The notes below the pieces were generated by a model that was not told the DNA's origin, made no database searches, and saw only the letters and a program-made list of their open reading frames with translations. Of a stretch of 64,000 bases of DNA, positions 1 to 11,800 are shown piece by piece. The DNA is taken from assembly GCF_964355755.1 (NCBI RefSeq), contig NC_092679.1, positions 6,602,201 to 6,666,200 of the forward strand, written 5' to 3'. This DNA comes from Antedon mediterranea (Eukaryota > Animalia > Echinodermata). The translations under genes and the position numbers were made by a program. Numbering within the stretch: the first letter of the stretch is position 1; each line of letters begins with the position of its first letter.

Positions 1-167
1 TAATTTAATAGAGTGCAGGTATGCTTATTCAAACAGTACACCCAAATAAAGACCACCTTTAAGAGATATTTGCACTGGTGACAATTAGTAAAGTGCTAAG
101 GCTTATAAGTGAGAAACAAAGTTCTTTACTTCTCGCAAAACCTTCACATTGAACCGCATTTAATTTT

Positions 168-300
168 AGGTCTCACTAGCACGCAACGCAAGGACTTAAG
201 TGCACCGCAAATAATTTGACCAATCACGAAGTGATGGATCGTTCTAATTGTCGCTTGTGATTGGTCAATTGACTTGCGTTGTGTCTGCGTTTTATCGACC
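168..300. mobile_element. Palindromic MITE remnant (GGTCTCACTAG terminus)
   Basis: Internal inverted repeat TTGACCAATCAC...GTGATTGGTCAA. A related copy at ~2304-2418 ends in CTAGTGAGAC. Confidence 0.5.
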
Positions 301-374
301 CATGACTGGCACCAAGTATGCCTACTGTACGGTATGATCTAGCTACAATGATGTTTTTTTGTTTGTCTTTATAG

Positions 375-1852
375 TTGTACAAGTTCTGATTACTATGGCA
401 TTAGATGTCAAATTGTTGATAAATGGAGTCGTAAGTATAATTATGACCCTTCCTTAAATAATTTGTGTTCATTCGTTGTAGTAGTTATCCCTTTACAAAA
501 ATACATCAATAGACATAGATACACTTTACGGTCACATAATAAATATAAAATGTTAAGCTCTGTCAAATTTTATGTGATAAAAATGTGATGTTCCCATATA
601 TGAATATGATGATGTCATCACTACCATATTTGGGCATATCACACATTTCTTGTCAAACTATAGTTTGATAGTGTAGACAGAACTTTAGACTCTGCTTGGC
701 TTAATAGAATAGTATTCAATTTTCCTTCTTTTTGCAACTTTGTTTATTTTCTCTCAAAGATGCCGAAATAGCTGCCTTGACATTTGGATGTTTTTGGGCA
801 GCGTTGCTGCTTGTCGTGCTAGTGTTGTTAATAATAAATAAATGTAACGAATATATACAGCAGCCAAAAAGGTAATTATTTCAATGAATTGCTTTCATTT
901 AATAGACCACTTAATACCACATTATTATAAAGTATACTTGTAGGCCTAAGAACACTAAAAAAATAATATAAAAAATAATTCGTTTGAACGAATTGAATAA
1001 GCTATTTCGCCTAAAAAATGGGTTGTTACCTGTAATTCGTTGGAACGGGATTTTATATATATGTTAAATCGTTAAAACAAATTTTAGTTCCGTTTAAATT
1101 GACACCATTTTGACACTATTTTCGTTGAATTTGGTAATTCGTTTGAACGAATTTTAGTCCGTAATTACCTGCAGTGTCTATAAATAGGCTGGCCCGCCAC
1201 AAGATTTCTATCTTCGTGGGCACTGCCTACTTCCTTTTATTGATAACTGTTTACTTTTTAATCATCAATTTTTTCATTCATGACTAGTTATATATTTTAC
1301 TTGAATATAATATGTTTACCTAATTTTATTGAAGGAAGAAATAAATGTTAAGTTGAATCGAATTGAAAAATTCATTAGAACGAATTAATAACATCGTTTG
1401 TCCTAACTATAATATAATTTTACACTTATGTCAGGCACAGTTCGACTGATAGTGTAGTGGTTGAGAAATCCAATTACGAGAATAAGGCTTACGTCATAGA
1501 CCCATCTGCAGAAATACCAGATTCCATGGCAGTATTCGACATAGATGAAGATGATATCGATATAGGAGGGGAAGATAAAAACAATAGCGAAGATTTAGAC
1601 GAAGAGAAAAATACATACCATTACACTGGATCAGTAGACGACGAAAACAAAGATGAGGAGATTAGTATAATATTAGGCTCTACTGAAAAAGTCCCGTCGT
1701 TTTCAGGCTCGCTAGCCCATTCGTCATTGGGCTCGACTAATCGGATCCATTCGGCATCGGGTTCGACCAATCGGATTCACTCGGTGTCTGGGTCCAGTTT
1801 GCACCAGTCTCTATCAGGAGCTAGTACAAGCCGTGCGCCGTTGATCGCATAA
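375..1852 (+). CDS. 3' part of a single-pass membrane protein (EGF-like end, TM helix, acidic/Ser-rich cytoplasmic tail); 5' exons lie upstream of the window
   Basis: Phase-consistent AG/GT exons 375-430 (CTSSDYYGIRCQ, EGF-like C..Y.G.RC ending), 760-871 (EIAALTFGCFWAALLLVVLVLLII, hydrophobic TM) and 1435-1852 (joins ORF 1457..1852; YENKAY motif, acidic stretch, Ser-rich repeats). Family not identifiable. Confidence 0.7.
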
Positions 1853-3321
1853 CACAAATGTTCTTTTTGTTATTTTTAATTTAATCGAATTCTAAGTATT
1901 ATTAGCATCGTTCAGTTTGCCAAATGACGATTTTTATTTAAAGAGTGCATTATGGTAAACATAGAACGAATATTATTTCGCCGTCTTTTTACGATTTTAC
2001 TATTCAAATGTTGTTTTTGGTTAATTTACCATTCAGATAGTGTTATTATTAGATTAATTAGGTAATACCCAGAAATGGAACGGTAGTGTAAAGAACTACG
2101 TTTTTGGAGGCCAGATTGATTATACATTTTGCTATGGGACGACGACAAATGTGACGTCATGTGGACACTTTTTTTAAAACAGTAATTAGACATGAGGTTT
2201 GTGTTGGGTTCCTATCCGAACGCAGGTGGTTTCACGTGATTTTGTGTGTGGTCATTCAATATGTAGATATATTTAGATTAGATTTTGTCAACACTGTAAG
2301 TAATTTGACCAATCGCAATCGATGGATTATCCGAACAGTCGTTTGTCATTGGTCAAATCTTGCGTTGCGCTCACATCTTGCTTTGCGCTCACATCTTGCT
2401 TTGCGTCCCTAGTGAGACGAATGTGAATACATAACTCTAATCGTAACACAATGAACAGTAATGTACACTACCGGTTGTAGTTAACGACAATACTGCAGCA
2501 GCTGAAGTATTCGACTTTTTGGCGGTCGAACTTCATAAACGTTGTTAAGCGGGCCTGAATGTCGAATGTAATTTTAATTACTTTGCAAGAAATATCTACC
2601 TCATACAGAAATTGCAGGAGGTCGTCAATAATGTACCCACAATCTTATCCGCACACAAAATAGTCATAGGCCTAACATAGCGCCTGAGATGACGGCGATG
2701 TGGGCCGCATTTTAGCAGTTTTTAGAAAATCAAAATACAAAGTAGAAATGAATACAAAACCACAGTAGTTTAGAGTAATTATTTGGGGTTTTAAGCTTGG
2801 CAACAGAAAACTAACACAACGGGAAGTCGTGTAATTTTGTTGGATTGTGTTTATAGCTAACACATAGACATGTTTTTTGTCCTTTTGGGCCGTTTGATTT
2901 GCAAAGACATTTTCTTATTATTGAATCTTAATCTTGAAAATTAATTAATTAATTTCTATAACATTTGTTTGATTAACGTAAGAGTTAATTAGTATGACAT
3001 TGTTTTACTGTTTTAATAATAAATGTAGGCCTATATTAAAGAGACTGAGAATGCGTACCTTGTATTGTAATGTTATGTGTAATTAATAGATAAATACGGT
3101 TGTCATTTATTTGTCTCCCATTATCATCATGTCATTACAAAGGTTAGATAATATATTTCTGACTTTTTCTGAGCATAAATGCTTGACTTTATCAAAATAA
3201 TATTTTATTTTATTATAATATTTACAAATCATAAAAGTAAAACGTACAGACACAGGAATAAGAATGATGAATATTCTGCGTCAGTAGTGAGCCCTCTTTA
3301 ATTTATGTAGGATTAAACAAA

Positions 3322-6300
3322 ATGGCAGCTTCCATGATAACGAACGTGTATGTCGGTTCTGGAACGGGTATTTTTAAAAGTATGCTTTTCACCGATTTTA
3401 ATCGTATTTATTTATGATGTTAAGTTTTTAATGAATTAGTTAATTATGGTATTTTGATCTAGACATAAATTAGACCCAAAATCCGGTCCATTTTGCTTTT
3501 AAAAAGAAGCTAGCTAGGCCTAGCTAGCTAGGCCTATTATATTATACGTAGGCTACTAAACTAGAAAAGTTAGTCTAGCCTAATAAAAGATAGCCAATTA
3601 ATTCTCCTTAATTATTCGGCCCTGACTGAATGCTGACAGCTTTAAACTGGGCTTATACGGTTCATCCCACTAGTTAGTTAGGGCCTAGACTAGGCCTATT
3701 ACAAGCAACTAGCTAGAAAATGTTTTTTTATCTTTTTTACTATCTATAATAGAGGTGGAAGTGGAGAAAAAAACGTCTACAAATTATTGTAATATAGAAA
3801 AATTAAACAAAGATGAAGAAATTACATGTATGTGCTGGGCCAACCAGCGTCAAACACAGGTAAGCCTACAATTATTTTATATACTGCTACTACTAATAGG
3901 CCTTGCCTAGGCCTAGTTTCTTTTAAGTTTTATAATTTATTTGACATTTTAAAATTTATATATACAGTAAAATATCACTATAATTGTCCTGAATTTATAT
4001 TCAACTTCTATTAATTCAGATCCATCTTGGTCTTCGAAACCAGACAGTGAAAACATTTGACACAGAAGAAAAATGTTTAAAGTCAAGTGAAGACTGTACA
4101 GGAGGACATGGACCTCTGAAAGGTATTGGTGTCCATGGCCACAACATAATAACATGCTGTGAATCTGGAGTAATGAAAGTGTGGGATAAGTTAAAACAGG
4201 AGACGGTAAGGTTATTATTTTCAACTGACAATGTTGAATTGAATGTTTTTTTATGTTGTCTACCTTGCGATTTTTAAAACGTACACAATAGAGGGAGGTT
4301 TTGCAATGCTACGAATACGATAACGAAAATGTCACATCACACACAGCGGCACTGTTTGAACTGTTGACCCACAGTATTTTTTTCTCTCCTGTTTTCAATT
4401 TGATTTTTCACTATTTGGTTTTATATGGTGGTTTATAGTGTTATTTATTGTTTTGTGTTCTCGGAGTTTACAATAGTCTTATAATGATCATCTCTTCGTT
4501 AGATCAAGATATTGCTTTATCAAGTAAGTCACAACGTTTTTTACTAGCTTGAACTACCTGCTGTCTTGCAAACTTAGTGCATACCTGGTGTGACGTATTC
4601 GTAGCGTTGCGAAACTTCCCTTATGAATGAATCAATCTTCAATCATTGTTAAACAATTTACACCCTGATTTTTACACTGTAGAATATTTGACATTCTGTT
4701 TTTTACATCTTAGAGAGCTGAAATAAATGTTGGTGAAAATGTTTATAAATTAAAACAGAATGCAGAGAAACCCCATATATTTGCAACAGGTGGAAAAGAG
4801 AATTGCCTAAAAATTTGGGACATAAACAATCTAGAGGAACCATTATTTAAGGCCAAAAATGTAAGTGCTATAGGTCAGGTAAAATATTTTATAATTAGAC
4901 AAATACATAAATTGATTTATTTATTAGTTTTGATTAGTAATTGATTTCCGTGATGAGCAAATTTTATTGTTCAGTGATAGAAAGTGCTTTAACCTTGTCT
5001 ATTGCTGTCTGGTTTGGTGGTGCCACAGAAGAAGACTTCCCGCATCATTGGAGAAGAGCAAGCCTCAGCTCACTCATTAGAAAAGCCCTCTCCATTGTGA
5101 GAGATGACTTACACCCTGGCAACAAGTTATTCTCATTAATGCAGAGTGGTCGACGCTATAATCTATAGATTTCAATTCTCGACAATAAAGAGAAAGAGTG
5201 GAAAACAAAAAGAAAGAGAATAAAGTATTGTATTGATTGATTGAAAAAATAGTAAACTAGAAAGCCACTCCGAGAGTGCATACCTCCGCCTACTGTAAAA
5301 TTCTCCTACATAAGATTCCTCCGGTAAAAAAAAAAATATATATATATATATTTGTGTGTGTCTTAATGCTGTTTGTGATTTAGGCTAATTTCACTACAAG
5401 CATGTGTATGCGAGTTTGGTGTAATGGTTATGTAACAAGCCTTTCAATTAACAATAGTTTCAGTTGACTAACAATAGAACAGCAACGCGAAAATCAAACG
5501 AGTGAATTTGAAAAGAAAATAGGTTTTTTAAACTACTGGCATAAAAAAACGTGCACATTAAATCAAATTATGTTTTAAAATTACAAATCACAAATTATAA
5601 CTCTTGCCTCTTGTACAAAAATGAAGTTTTTTGGACAACTAGTTCTCGAGAAAATGCAATTTCAGTATACTTGTTTACTTTAAGACTGTTGAAAAATTCT
5701 GTCCTATCTTTTAACACTAGCAGGTCTGAAAAGTATACTAAAAAGTGGTCCAGAATTTAATGGAATGGTCCTTGACCACATATCTATCTGTATATTCATT
5801 TTGGTAAAGATCTTGTAATTATTTTTTGAGTAATCCTGCTAACAAACAAACAAACAAACAAACACGCTACCGATTACATATACCTCCTTGGCGGAGGTAA
5901 AAAATAGTCCTAATATACCTACTTTTTCAACATTATAAGTATTGTTTGATTTTTTTTCTCAGGTAAAGAATGATTTTCTAGATTTACAAGTACCTATTTG
6001 GCTTACAGATGCGCAGTTCCTACCACAGTCTGCAAAGGTTCTCACGGCAACAGGACATCATCAGGTAATGTACATTTAGTAGGTTGTGATTCCATTAGGA
6101 GAACACCTTTGGAACCTAACAAAGTATCCCCTTAATATAAGACGGGACATCATCAGGTAATGTACATTTAGTATTTTGTGATTCCATTAGGAAGACACCT
6201 TTGGGACCTAACAAAGTATCCATTTAATATAAGACAGGACATCATCAGGTAATGTACATTTAGCAGGTTGTGATTCCATTAGGGGACACCTTTGGGACGT

Positions 6301-8095
6301 AACAAAGTTTCCCTTTAATGTAATTGTCCTCTGAATAGGTGTTGTTGTTGTTAAAACTTAAATAAAGAATTTTTTTTTACAGATTAGAATATATGATCCA
6401 GACTGTCAACGAAGACCTGTATTTGATATGAATTACGATGAATATCCAATTACTGCAGTAGAAGTTTCCTCTGATGGCTGGTTAGAACTATTTAAAACAT
6501 TCAAACCAATTCCTAAGAATTAGAAAGATCTGCATGCATAGTTTTATTGCATAGTAGCTCATTGTTTTTTGTTTTTTTTTTTTGGGGGGGGGGGGGGAGG
6601 GGAGTGTTACCCTATCAGCAAATAGTATAGTAGCTTGTTAAGTCAATGTGAAAATAGTGCCCCAGGAACATACACATGGCTCCTACGCTTATATACAAAA
6701 TAAACAGTTAATTACCGGCTGATTTCCAAAAAATGGACTTGCGTCTTTCTTCTCTGAAATTATTGTTTTATGAAGTAACTACATTTTCCATTAAATATTT
6801 GGTCAAATTGAATAAATATGTGACATTGAAGTGGCCTATTCAACAAAAACAATTTTGTTCAGGGGGGAAAGTATATCTTTAATGTGTATGTATAATTATT
6901 ATTTATTATTATTAATATCATATGTATAATTATTATTTTAGGTCTGTCTTTGCCGGTAATACGCATGGAAGGATGGCGCATATTGATCTTAGAAACAAAC
7001 AAATTTTGAAGGTATATCCAGGCTTCGCTGGCAGTATTCGATGCATTGGTATTCACTCTACAGAACCATTAGTAGCAACTTGTGGACTAGATAGGTTTCT
7101 ACGACTTCACAATATTCACACGGCTGAAGTCATTCACAAGGTAACTGCAGGGACAACTCCCTGGTAACTGCATAATCAATTATATTTTAAAATCCGAAAA
7201 AATGACATTAAAGATCAGGTACAGGCATAAATTTTAAATACAATATCTGGTTAATTGTACATAAATGTGTAACAAAAATCATGACAACATGAATTTCCCT
7301 TAAAATGGTCAAATACAAAATTTGGCAAAATTCGGCCATAAAAACTAGACAGACTTTTTTTCAGTGGTTTAATCTAATGTAATAACATGTCTGGTGAAAG
7401 TGAAAAAAAGATGGTGGATATACGGTGGATATGTTTGTTTACCACACTGTTTATTTTTCATAGTTTTTAAAAAAAATGCCTCCCTATTTACAATATTTGT
7501 GTACAAAAGAATAAAGATTTTACTGTGTAATTTTAACTATACCCCACTGATAAGAAAGTGCTTATTTTCAACAAGCTCGTGTAACACAAATAAAATCCCA
7601 AAAATTATGAAACATAGAGGAAACTATAGATCGATAATTATTGGAATGTATGATCAATAGAATTTTGTTGCCCGCACCTGACCTTTAAAGACATGCTTCA
7701 CTATTATCATCGAAACAATCTACATCTATAGTGATTTAGAGTTTATATTTTTTAATAGGTATATCTTAAATCCAAATTAAACTGTCTGTTAATGAAATGC
7801 ACAGAAGAATTTCAGGTAAGCTGTTTTCATATTGATGTCATTCATTGATTCAACATTTAATGTATTTGACGTCCTTGTGTGCAGAATATAGGTGTAATAT
7901 AAATTTGTTTTGTTTTAGGAGAACGAAAGCACTAAATCAAAAACAAACTCATCGATTGTTGAGAAGGAGAGTAAAGACGTTGACAGTGACGATGATGTTT
8001 GGGGGCAAATGGGAGATGTTGCAGAAGATTCACCAAAGAAAACAAAACGATCAAAAAATGTGAGAAAGAAAACTAAGAAGGCAAGAATAAAATGA
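3322..8095 (+). CDS. WDR74: WD repeat-containing protein 74 (Nsa1 homologue, 60S ribosome biogenesis), 9 exons
   Basis: Exons 3322-3379, 3753-3859, 4020-4205, 4714-4860, 5963-6064, 6383-6480, 6942-7140, 7759-7815, 7919-8095, all GT-AG and in phase. Motifs VYVGSGTGIFK, ATGGKENCLKIWD, FKAKNVKNDFLDLQVPIW, CGLDRFLRLH, KVYLKSKLNCLL; basic C-terminal tail. Confidence 0.93.
4293..4620. mobile_element. MITE with ~27-bp TIRs in WDR74 intron 3
   Basis: GGGAGGTTTTGCAATGCTACGAATACG...CGTATTCGTAGCGTTGCGAAACTTCCC. Confidence 0.6.
4950..5168 (+). mobile_element. Decayed Rex1/Babar-type LINE ORF2 C-terminal fragment in WDR74 intron 4
   Basis: FYCSVIESALTLSIAVWFG...KALSIVRDDLHPGNKLFSLMQSGRRY matches the recalled Rex-Babar C-terminal pattern FYxxxIESxLTxxxxVWxG...DxxHPxxxLFxLLPSGRRY, with an internal deletion. 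Confidence 0.7.
5254..5900 (+). mobile_element. Non-autonomous Helentron/DINE-like element (HINE)
   Basis: 5' ACCTCCGCC sub-terminal motif, (CAAA)n microsatellite and 3' ACCTCCTTGGCGGAGGT hairpin/inverted repeat. A second, 3'-truncated copy lies at ~40389-40856. Confidence 0.65.
6051..6319 (+). repeat. 92-bp tandem repeat (x3) containing the WDR74 exon 5 end and donor
   Basis: GGACATCATCAG|GTAATGTACATTTAG recurs at about 6053, 6145 and 6237. Confidence 0.9.
7208..7688. mobile_element. TTAA-flanked MITE in WDR74 intron 7
   Basis: Imperfect TIRs TTAAAGATCAGGTACAGGCA...TGCCCGCACCTGACCTTTAA. Confidence 0.6.
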
Positions 8096-8838
8096 ATAAA
8101 ATATTTTAATATTTGTTATTTTGTTCAATTTTATAAAATTGTTGTCATTAACAAGGGTTACCATGCATACAGAAGTCTACAAGAGGAAGAAACAAATTAA
8201 AACATTGAAATTTAAGCATTTATTCAAAATAATGCAATAAATTGTACAAACAGACTGTTAGTGATTTATTTTTTTTAACCTGTTTCCCCCTATCTTGTAA
8301 TGGTATCTTCCATCAATATTTACTGACCTTGGTATATTCTTTAGTATGATTAATGCATGGAGGAATCCTTCATCATTGATGTAACGCATAATAATATAAT
8401 ATTTATGCATTGTGTAATTTATCTACATAAACTTTTGACTGAATTCTCATCTTTGATCTCTGAAACTCTGTCTATACTATCAAACTAGTTTGACAAGAAA
8501 GTGTGATGTGGCCAAATACGGTAGTGATGTGACATCATCATGTCCATATATATATATATATGTTTTAGACAGAGTTTTAGGCCTGACAGATGTGTGTCAC
8601 AATACAGGTGTATGGTAGCCATGAAGGAATTAGTTTATTGGTCACTGTTGTTAATGACCGTATGCAAGTCGTTTAGTTCTTATAATATCCTCAGGACCCT
8701 GTGCCCAGCCAGCTTGAATCGCCATCCACTTTCATATCATCCAAAAAATTCATATCTCTTGCCTTCCATTCTAGACTACTCCGTCGTTCAGCTTATTTAT
8801 GCTAAGAATATTAGTATTAAACGCATTGTTTACACTGT

Positions 8839-11800
8839 TCAACCTTCACATGATTTCAAATCATAAAGCTCCACCTCCTCATCAGAGTCGACATATGTTA
8901 ATAGATTATCTGTTTGTTCTCCTAAATATTAAAGTAAATTGTTATTAATATTAACTATGTTGTGGTGTCGTAGTTCAATCCTTGTTAGACATTGATCTTG
9001 TAACGCAGAGGCTTGAGGCCCCTGGTTTAGGAACTCTAAGTGGCCCTCCAACGCTGGAGGCCTTCGGATGTTTTTCGGATTTCTTTTTCAACATATTTCA
9101 AAGTTCAGCCAGTGAGTGCTCAAAAGCTGTTACACCACTGCCCATATGCTCAGCACATGTTCACTGGTACATTTCATACTTCTTTTTTTTTAGTACTCAC
9201 CATTTGAAATAACTTTTGGAAATAGTATCGTGTCTTCATAATCCCATTTGAAGTAACTGAAAATTGAAAAAGATAGTTCTGTAATAAAGATATTTGTCCC
9301 CTAAAACATTTTTTTTTTAATTTGCCATTTTAATGTCACACAATATTTATTCACTTGACCAAAAACTGGATCAAAAACAAAATTATTTACCTGAAAAAAT
9401 TGTTATTTAAAGCAAAAAATACTTAAATTGCCTGTCAGACAATGGTTTTTGGTTAAAATTAAACATATCTTTTGTCCTTTTATCAGTAAAATAATTTTTT
9501 TTTTATTTTATCAATCTTCATTTTTCATGTTTTTAGGGAACAATACATCTTTAAAATGTCATGGCCATGTTTTATGAAATCCCACTGTCATATTTAGTTC
9601 TTTCTTGTATACATGTGCCCTTTGTGTACACAAATACAACGGCTTAATGTCTCATTATTAATGTTATGCTAACCATCTTCTGGAGACGACAACATGAAAT
9701 ACAAGGTGTACTGCAAAAGTGTTTATTTGCCATGCAAATCCTAAAGCTATGTCTACACTATCAAACTGTATGTGACAAAACAATGTGATATACCCATATA
9801 TGGACATGATGATGTCAGATCACTACCATATATGGGCATATCACTACCATATTTGGGCAGATCACACTGGTTTGATAGTGTAGACAGAGCTTAATAATGT
9901 ACTTACATTACTATACACATGATAGTGCCAATTAATGCAGCTATGATAAGAAAAGAAAATCCAGGCATAAAGTCCAGTGTAGCAGGGTACATGTTGTTGA
10001 ATATGACAGACCCTATAAGATGACACATGGTCTCTAAAAGGGAACCAAATGCAAACATTGCTCCTGTACATGCAAGAGAAAAAAAAAGAGTCATTTTTTT
10101 GGGGGAGGGGAGGGTTTGTTCTTATACTATGTGGAGATTGGTTTTTTTTTTAAATTTTCACACCATCAAACAACAAATACAGTATTTAATTAAGGGTGGG
10201 AGACCCAGACTCTTACTATAGTATTCGTCGCTGTATTGGCCATAATCATGGAACTGACACGAACATTTAAACAGCTATATTATTTGAAATAAGGAGCCTG
10301 TGTGGCCGTATTCACCAATCACACTTAAGTGAGATAGTTTTAAATATTAAATATCTCACTTAATGTATTGTTTGAAGGTTTGCATGGCGAAATCAAATGT
10401 TGATTGTCAATATTTCACTTAACTCAATAAATATTTAAGTATTTTTGTTAAATTGTATTCACTATAGATAAGACATTTTAAAAATTTTAAGTGTTTTCCT
10501 TAGCCTACGTGTGAATGGTGAATACGGCCACTTGGGTGGGTAAGCCAGGATGTCAACTACCAAGCCACAGAACCCATATGGGCGGACCATCTACTTTGTT
10601 TATATACTGTAACTTACTCAGCATAAAAGTCAAATTAATTTATTTCGGTCAGTCTCTGTGGACAATTGATTTTCACGCTTTATTTTTAGAATATTGATTT
10701 AATTACCAATATATTTAAAAAATTGAAAACATAAAATATTAGATATCAGTGAAAGAATTTCACCTACAGCGAATCAACAATGAGGTGACCTTGATTTATC
10801 AATACATATTGTATGTAGCGTGGTGGGCTGTTCATTGAACTACAATACATAAACAGCATAAAGATCAACTAAGTTAATCTCATGTTGAGAGCAATAAAGG
10901 ATCGAACAATGCCTTACGGAATTTATGTGATGGATGATCAACTTACAACACAAGTTATTTTTCTCCTGTTACAATTTATAGTCATTATACAACGTTTAAA
11001 CAGTTTTAATTTTCAAGGTTCATTACTTTTTTAATCTGGATTCATGTTTACTTAATTTTTGATAGTTTTCAATGAAGCTATCAAATAATATGTTTCCTAC
11101 AGTAAGTCAGTGTCAATGTTGAATACAGCCACTGGATATCAACATAATACTTGACAGCATGGCTTAAATATAGTAAATTCGTATATATTTTTACCATTTC
11201 TGTTTGTAGTATTTTATTGTAAAAAAACATTTAAACAACATTAAAATTCAGAAATCCTGGTAACCCGGGAGAAAAAGTGAAACAGAAGCACGATGTTGGC
11301 TGGGAGAATATAATAAGTTTCTGGCTAAAGAATCTTTCACACCTGTTCCGATATGGTTCTTGTCCGGCACCGTCAAATCAAACCGAACATCAACATTTCG
11401 TTTTTACGTGGCTATGCGAATATCAACACGAAAACAAAACATTGACATTCAATTCGCTAGACTGGAACAGGTGTGAAGGTGTAAACCGGAGTTTTGGTAT
11501 GTAGGTATTTATACAAATATTCTGTTTTAAATGCCATTTCTTATTTTGGATCCTATTTAAAATTGTCATTAGTTTTCTTTCTTTCTTTCAAACCTATCCA
11601 ACTCCATCATTGTCATTGTAGTATTCTTTTACCTTGACTCAAATTGTATAGAATTCATTACCATGGAATATTCTACTAGGTAATTGTTTCATTTTGAATT
11701 GCAAATTCCGATTTGAATATAAAAGAGAAAGTTTCTATTGTGTTCTGTATTCAAACATGAAAACATAGATATTTTGACCTTGAATGAAATATATTAAACT

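Noticed and set aside
975-1155. Repeated small palindrome AATTCGTTTGAACGAATT
   Set aside because: Most likely a decayed MITE interior; no termini or function can be supported.
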